A DNA stretch of 42,169 bases from Lysobacterales bacterium (GTDB taxonomy: Bacteria > Pseudomonadota > Gammaproteobacteria > Xanthomonadales > SZUA-5). Each line of letters begins with the position of its first letter. Positions within the stretch are counted from its first letter, which is position 1. Positions 38,271 through 42,169 of this stretch are shown in pieces. The notes under the pieces are model-generated. The model ran no database searches. It had not been told where the DNA came from and saw nothing but the letters and a program-made list of their open reading frames with translations. The stretch is taken from NCBI GenBank assembly GCA_022844165.1, contig JALHMH010000038.1:1-42169 (forward strand), given 5' to 3'. Both the position numbers and the translations under genes were made by a program.

Positions 38271-38299
38271 CCGTCATGCTGTTGTCGCACAAACGTCAA
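38271..38299 (+). promoter_or_regulatory. Pho-box-like array of three half-sites
   Basis: CCGTCAT-gctg-TTGTCGC-acaa-ACGTCAA, exact 11-bp period, ~60 bp upstream of the acyltransferase ATG. Confidence 0.55.
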
Positions 38300-38357
38300 C
38301 GCAATGCCGTCTGGCGGCACGAGACTGAGCGCCCATCCGAATCGCGGGTGGGATTAC

Positions 38358-40043
38358 ATGCTCAATTTGCAGCAACGGATCGAAACGAAGTTTCCGAAGC
38401 TGTTCGCGCCGGGACGTGCGCGCTATGCGCGGCCTTTGCTCGCGAGCTTGACGCGATTCGCGCGGCTCGATCGCTGCGAGCAGTTCCTGGCCGACCACCC
38501 GCATCTTGAGGGGTTGGAGTTTGTCGAAGGTCTGATGCGCCATGTCGATGCCCGTTATCGGATCGACGATCTGGAACGGCAGCGTATTCCCGTCGAAGGG
38601 GCGTGCCTGATCGTCTCTAACCATCCACTCGGTGCGCTCGATGCGATGGCATTGCTGAAGTTGGTTGGCGATATTCGGCGCGATGTGCGCATCGTCGCCA
38701 ACGACTGGCTGGGGATTCTGGCGCCCCTGCGTTCGCTGCTTTTGCCGGTGCGGGTGTTTGGTGGGCGCAGCGATTCTGAACAAGTCGGTGCGATTGATGC
38801 CGCTTTGCAGGCAGGGCAGGTGGTCATTTTTTTTCCAGCTGCGGAAGTGTCGCGATTGAGTTGGCGCGGAATACGCGACAAACCGTGGCGAGCGGGCTTC
38901 GTGCGTCTGGCACGCACTCATGGTGTACCGGTGATCCCGGTCCATCTGTCAGCGCGAAACAGCATCAGCTTTTATGCCGGCGCAGCGCTGGCGGGCCCGC
39001 TTGGTACGGCCATGCTGCCTCGCCAGATTTTTGCCGGACCGAAACGCATTGATGTTCGCGTGGGCCGCCCGGTTCAGCTCGATTCCAAGGCTCAGCCAGG
39101 TGTTTTGGCGCGCACACTGCAGCGTGCAGCGGCGGGACTGAGAAACGGACTCGACGCTTTGGGCGCGCGTCCCGAGGCGGTTGCCCACCCCTCATGCGGC
39201 GCAGCGGTTCGTGCCGTTGTCCGGTCCCTGCCCGTGCTTGGTGAAACGCCAGATGGAAAGCGCATTATTCTGGCGCAACCCGGGACGCCCTGCGTGCTGT
39301 TGCGCGAAGTTGCGCGCCTTCGGGAACTCACCTTCAGGGCTGTGGGGGAGGGTAGTTCTGCGGCACTCGATTGGGACCGGTATGACGCCCATTACGATCA
39401 TCTGATCTTGTGGGACGAACAACAGCAGCGTATCGCAGGCGCATATCGCCTGGCGCGTTCGCGCGAAGTCATCGCGCAGTGCGGGACGGCCGGACTTTAC
39501 ACGGCGAGCCTGTTTGCGTACGACCAGCGGTTCTTGCGGTTCGCCGAATATGGCCTCGAGCTGGGACGCAGCTTTGTGACCCCTGATTATTGGGGATCTC
39601 GAAGCCTCGACTATCTTTGGTGCGGCATTGGCGCGTATCTGCGCAAGTACCCGGAACTGCGCTACCTGTTCGGCACGGTTTCGATCAGTGCGGACTTGCC
39701 TGGACCCGCACGCGACCAGTTGGTTGCTTATTACGATCGGTACTACGGAAACAAGGAAGGCCTGGCGCGGCCGAGCCATCCCTATTCGCCGCCGCCGACT
39801 GCGGCAAACGATCTTTGCGCGGCGCAAGCTTTCGCCGTACTCAAGGAAAATCTGGCGCGTCTGGGGGCGAGGGTGCCGACGCTCTACAAGCAGTACACAG
39901 AGTTGTGCGAACCCGGTGGCGCGCAATTCCTGGCGTTCGGTATCGATCCGAAGTTTCAGAACGTTGTCGACGGGTTGATCCTGGTTGACCTGACGAAGCT
40001 GACACCACGCAAACGTCAGCGGTATCTGCTGACGCAACCTTAA
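38358..40043 (+). CDS. Bifunctional PlsC-type O-acyltransferase / GNAT N-acyltransferase (OlsF-like amino-lipid synthase)
   Basis: N-terminal NHPLGALD (Hx4D) and FPAAEVS; C-terminal LRELTFRAVGEG..YDHLILWD..GAYR..LELGRSFV. Confidence 0.8.
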   Translation: MLNLQQRIETKFPKLFAPGRARYARPLLASLTRFARLDRCEQFLADHPHLEGLEFVEGLMRHVDARYRIDDLERQRIPVEGACLIVSNHPLGALDAMALLKLVGDIRRDVRIVANDWLGILAPLRSLLLPVRVFGGRSDSEQVGAIDAALQAGQVVIFFPAAEVSRLSWRGIRDKPWRAGFVRLARTHGVPVIPVHLSARNSISFYAGAALAGPLGTAMLPRQIFAGPKRIDVRVGRPVQLDSKAQPGVLARTLQRAAAGLRNGLDALGARPEAVAHPSCGAAVRAVVRSLPVLGETPDGKRIILAQPGTPCVLLREVARLRELTFRAVGEGSSAALDWDRYDAHYDHLILWDEQQQRIAGAYRLARSREVIAQCGTAGLYTASLFAYDQRFLRFAEYGLELGRSFVTPDYWGSRSLDYLWCGIGAYLRKYPELRYLFGTVSISADLPGPARDQLVAYYDRYYGNKEGLARPSHPYSPPPTAANDLCAAQAFAVLKENLARLGARVPTLYKQYTELCEPGGAQFLAFGIDPKFQNVVDGLILVDLTKLTPRKRQRYLLTQP

Positions 40044-40109
40044 GCCTGGCGAAGGGCTGGATTTTCGATCTGGTTCCCGTCCCGAAAAAAAGAACGACAA
40101 GAGGGATCG

Positions 40110-40898
40110 ATGACTATCATTCAAGCGCGTACGGCGTTTATCTCCGACCTGCACCTGGGTTCACCCAACTGTCATGCGCAGGCGCTCGTCGATTTCCTCG
40201 CACACTTGCGCGTCGAGCGGCTATATCTGGTCGGCGATGTCGTCGACCTTTGGTGGATGAGCGAGCGACGCGCGCAATTCGATCGCCATCAAACCCAGGT
40301 ATTCGACAGGCTCCGTGAGATGGCCCGTCGTGGTACCGAGCTGGTCTACATCCCGGGCAATCACGATCGCCCCTTGCGCGATCTGTGCGGGCTGGTGTTG
40401 CCGAAAATGACCGTTCGACGCGATGCGGTTCATCGCGCGCGCGATGGGCGCCGCTATCTCGTCACGCACGGCGACGACTTCGACGGCGCCGTGCAGCATG
40501 GTGGCTGGGCCGAGCGGCTGGGCGATCATCTGTATGACTATGTGCTGGCGGGTAATCGGTTGACCAACCGCGTGCGTCAGAAAATGGGCATGCGCTATTG
40601 GTCGCTTGCGGACTTTGTGAAACGACAAAGCCATTTGGCCGAGCGGTACATCGAACGATATGTGAGTGCGTCGATCCAGGCGGCCCGCCATCGCGACCTT
40701 GATGGCGTGATCTGTGGTCATATTCACCGGCCTGCATTGATCGAACGAGACGGCATCGTGTATGCGAATGACGGCGACTGGGTAGAGAGTTTGACCGCCC
40801 TCACCGAGAGCGAGACGGGGCAGTTATCGCTCATTCGTTGGCATGGGCATGGCGAAGTGATCGCCGAGTTACCGATGCCACTGTTGGCAGCTGCCTGA
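40110..40898 (+). CDS. Calcineurin-like metallophosphoesterase (LpxH-like / PlcP phospholipase C-like)
   Basis: SDLHLG, GDVVD, GNHD, HGD and GHIH motifs. Confidence 0.85.
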   Translation: MTIIQARTAFISDLHLGSPNCHAQALVDFLAHLRVERLYLVGDVVDLWWMSERRAQFDRHQTQVFDRLREMARRGTELVYIPGNHDRPLRDLCGLVLPKMTVRRDAVHRARDGRRYLVTHGDDFDGAVQHGGWAERLGDHLYDYVLAGNRLTNRVRQKMGMRYWSLADFVKRQSHLAERYIERYVSASIQAARHRDLDGVICGHIHRPALIERDGIVYANDGDWVESLTALTESETGQLSLIRWHGHGEVIAELPMPLLAAA

Positions 40899-40917
40899 AC
40901 GGGGCGAGTATCGTCGG

Positions 40918-41832
40918 TCAGGTCGGCGTGCGGGCGTCGAGCAACGCGCTGGCAACGTTGTGCAGCACCACGGCAACATCGCGCATCAGCTGTTCTCGCG
41001 CATCACTCTTGCGCCAGATCAACGCAATCCGTCGCTTCGGCGGCGGATCGAAGAACGAGCGCAGGACCAGATGCTCGTTCGTTGGTACCGGCGGCAGCAC
41101 GGCCAGTTGCGGGAGCAGCGTCACTCCGACGTTGGCGGCAACCATCTGACGCAATGTTTCCAAACTGGTGGCCCGAAATCCAGCTTTTTCGGATGCGCCG
41201 CCCAATTCGCACAAGCTCAGCGCCTGATCGCGCATGCAATGCCCCTCCTCGAGTAGCAGCACCTCGCGTTGCCGCAGATCGCTCAAACGGATTCGCCCGG
41301 AGAATTCGTCCGCACGTTCGCGGGGAACGGCGAGAACGAAGGGTTCTTCGAACAACACCGCATGCGCGAACATATCTTCGTCGATGGGCATGGCGAGCAT
41401 CGCGCAATCGAGTTCGCCACGTTCCAGTCGGTGAACGAGTTCATCCGTTTTTTCCTCGATCAGCAGCAGATCCAGGCGCGGGAATCGAACGCGCAATGGT
41501 GGCACTACGTGCGGCAACAAGTACGGCCCAAGTGTCGGAAATACGCCAAGTCGCAAAGTGCCCGCTTCCGGGTCTCGTGCGCTGCGTGCAATGTCTTTGA
41601 TCGCCTCAATCTCGCGAAGAATGACGCGCGCCCGTTGTACGATGTCGGCGCCCGCGCGAGTCGGCATAACGCCCCGCGTTTGCCGCTCGAAGAGCTGTAC
41701 GTCGAGTTCTTCCTCGAGCTTCTTGATCTGCGTCGAAAGTGTTGGCTGGCTGGCGAACGAAGCTTCCGCCGCGCGGCCAAAGTTCTTGTGTTCGGCCAAA
41801 GCAACCAGATACTTGAGGTCGCGCAGGTTCAT
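40918..41832 (-). CDS. oxyR: LysR family regulator, OxyR-like
   Basis: MNLRDLKYLVALAEH, SQPTLSTQIKKLE, PTLGPYLLP, redox Cys pair LEEGHCMRDQALSLC and ATSLETLRQMVAA. Confidence 0.88.
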   Translation of the reverse strand: MNLRDLKYLVALAEHKNFGRAAEASFASQPTLSTQIKKLEEELDVQLFERQTRGVMPTRAGADIVQRARVILREIEAIKDIARSARDPEAGTLRLGVFPTLGPYLLPHVVPPLRVRFPRLDLLLIEEKTDELVHRLERGELDCAMLAMPIDEDMFAHAVLFEEPFVLAVPRERADEFSGRIRLSDLRQREVLLLEEGHCMRDQALSLCELGGASEKAGFRATSLETLRQMVAANVGVTLLPQLAVLPPVPTNEHLVLRSFFDPPPKRRIALIWRKSDAREQLMRDVAVVLHNVASALLDARTPT

Positions 41833-41836
41833 CGCA

Positions 41837-42074
41837 CTAGAGTCCTTGTCGGAGCGGGATCTTTACAGTTGAGTCAAATTTTCTGCGGAGTGGCTTTGGC
41901 TTTTGCAGCCCCTTGAGTCTAGGGGGTGAGACTCGGCGCTGACACGCAGGCGTATGCCGAGTCGAACGCCCGGCGGCTGCGCCGCTGGCCGGAAATACGA
42001 AGCGCGGGGTTGTGGCGAGTATGCTGTCGGACGAAGCCAGCAATGCCCGACGGTCTGAGGCGAAGCCTCGCTAG
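41837..42074. repeat. ~240-bp hairpin-rich intergenic element, copy 2
   Basis: Colinear with 15203-15446; flanked by CTAG at both ends. Confidence 0.85.
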
Positions 42075-42169
42075 TGTGGTGTCCCAAAAATAACTTGAAC
42101 TATTTGTGGCGAGGTTTGTCTTTGTAGAGTACCTCACAGAGACTCTCGCGATGCGCAAGAAAGGGCGGC
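42071..42169. mobile_element. Probable end of an IS630-type MITE/IS running out of the window
   Basis: CTAG-TGTGGTGTCCCAAAAATAACTT; related to 25371-25403. Resemblance to IS630-type ends is from recall, not a search. Confidence 0.45.

Noticed and set aside
1-42169. tRNA, rRNA, prophage, CRISPR-Cas, retron or autonomous IS
   Set aside because: No recognisable signatures in the intergenic regions or ORFs.

Overview
A ~42 kb chromosomal segment from a high-GC gammaproteobacterium; gene content and protein style suggest Xanthomonadales/Rhodanobacteraceae (inference). Most of it is housekeeping: an LPS cluster (lpxL-like, GT2, O-antigen ligase, GT4), glnE, alr, carA, an agmatine deiminase/N-carbamoylputrescine amidase pair, TraB, DUF349, wrbA, tatD, smc, glyA-nrdR-GNAT-ribD-ribE, and an oxyR-like LysR. 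A desaturase / OlsF-like acyltransferase / PlcP-like phosphoesterase cluster has a Pho-box-like array in front of the last two genes. The unusual signals are non-coding. (1) A 619-bp direct duplication (614-1232 / 2507-3125) brackets a MITE, a low-GC orphan gene and a diverged gene remnant. (2) A 190-bp inverted copy of the glyA leader plus ~41 codons (25143-25332 / 29888-30077) brackets a 3-gene peptidase-TetR-hydrolase cassette. (3) A ~240-bp hairpin-rich element with no terminal inverted repeats is present twice (15203-15446, 41837-42074); one copy supplies the apparent oxyR Shine-Dalgarno. Both gene duplications end at or next to MITE-like sequence. I saw no transposase, integrase, tRNA, rRNA or CRISPR array.
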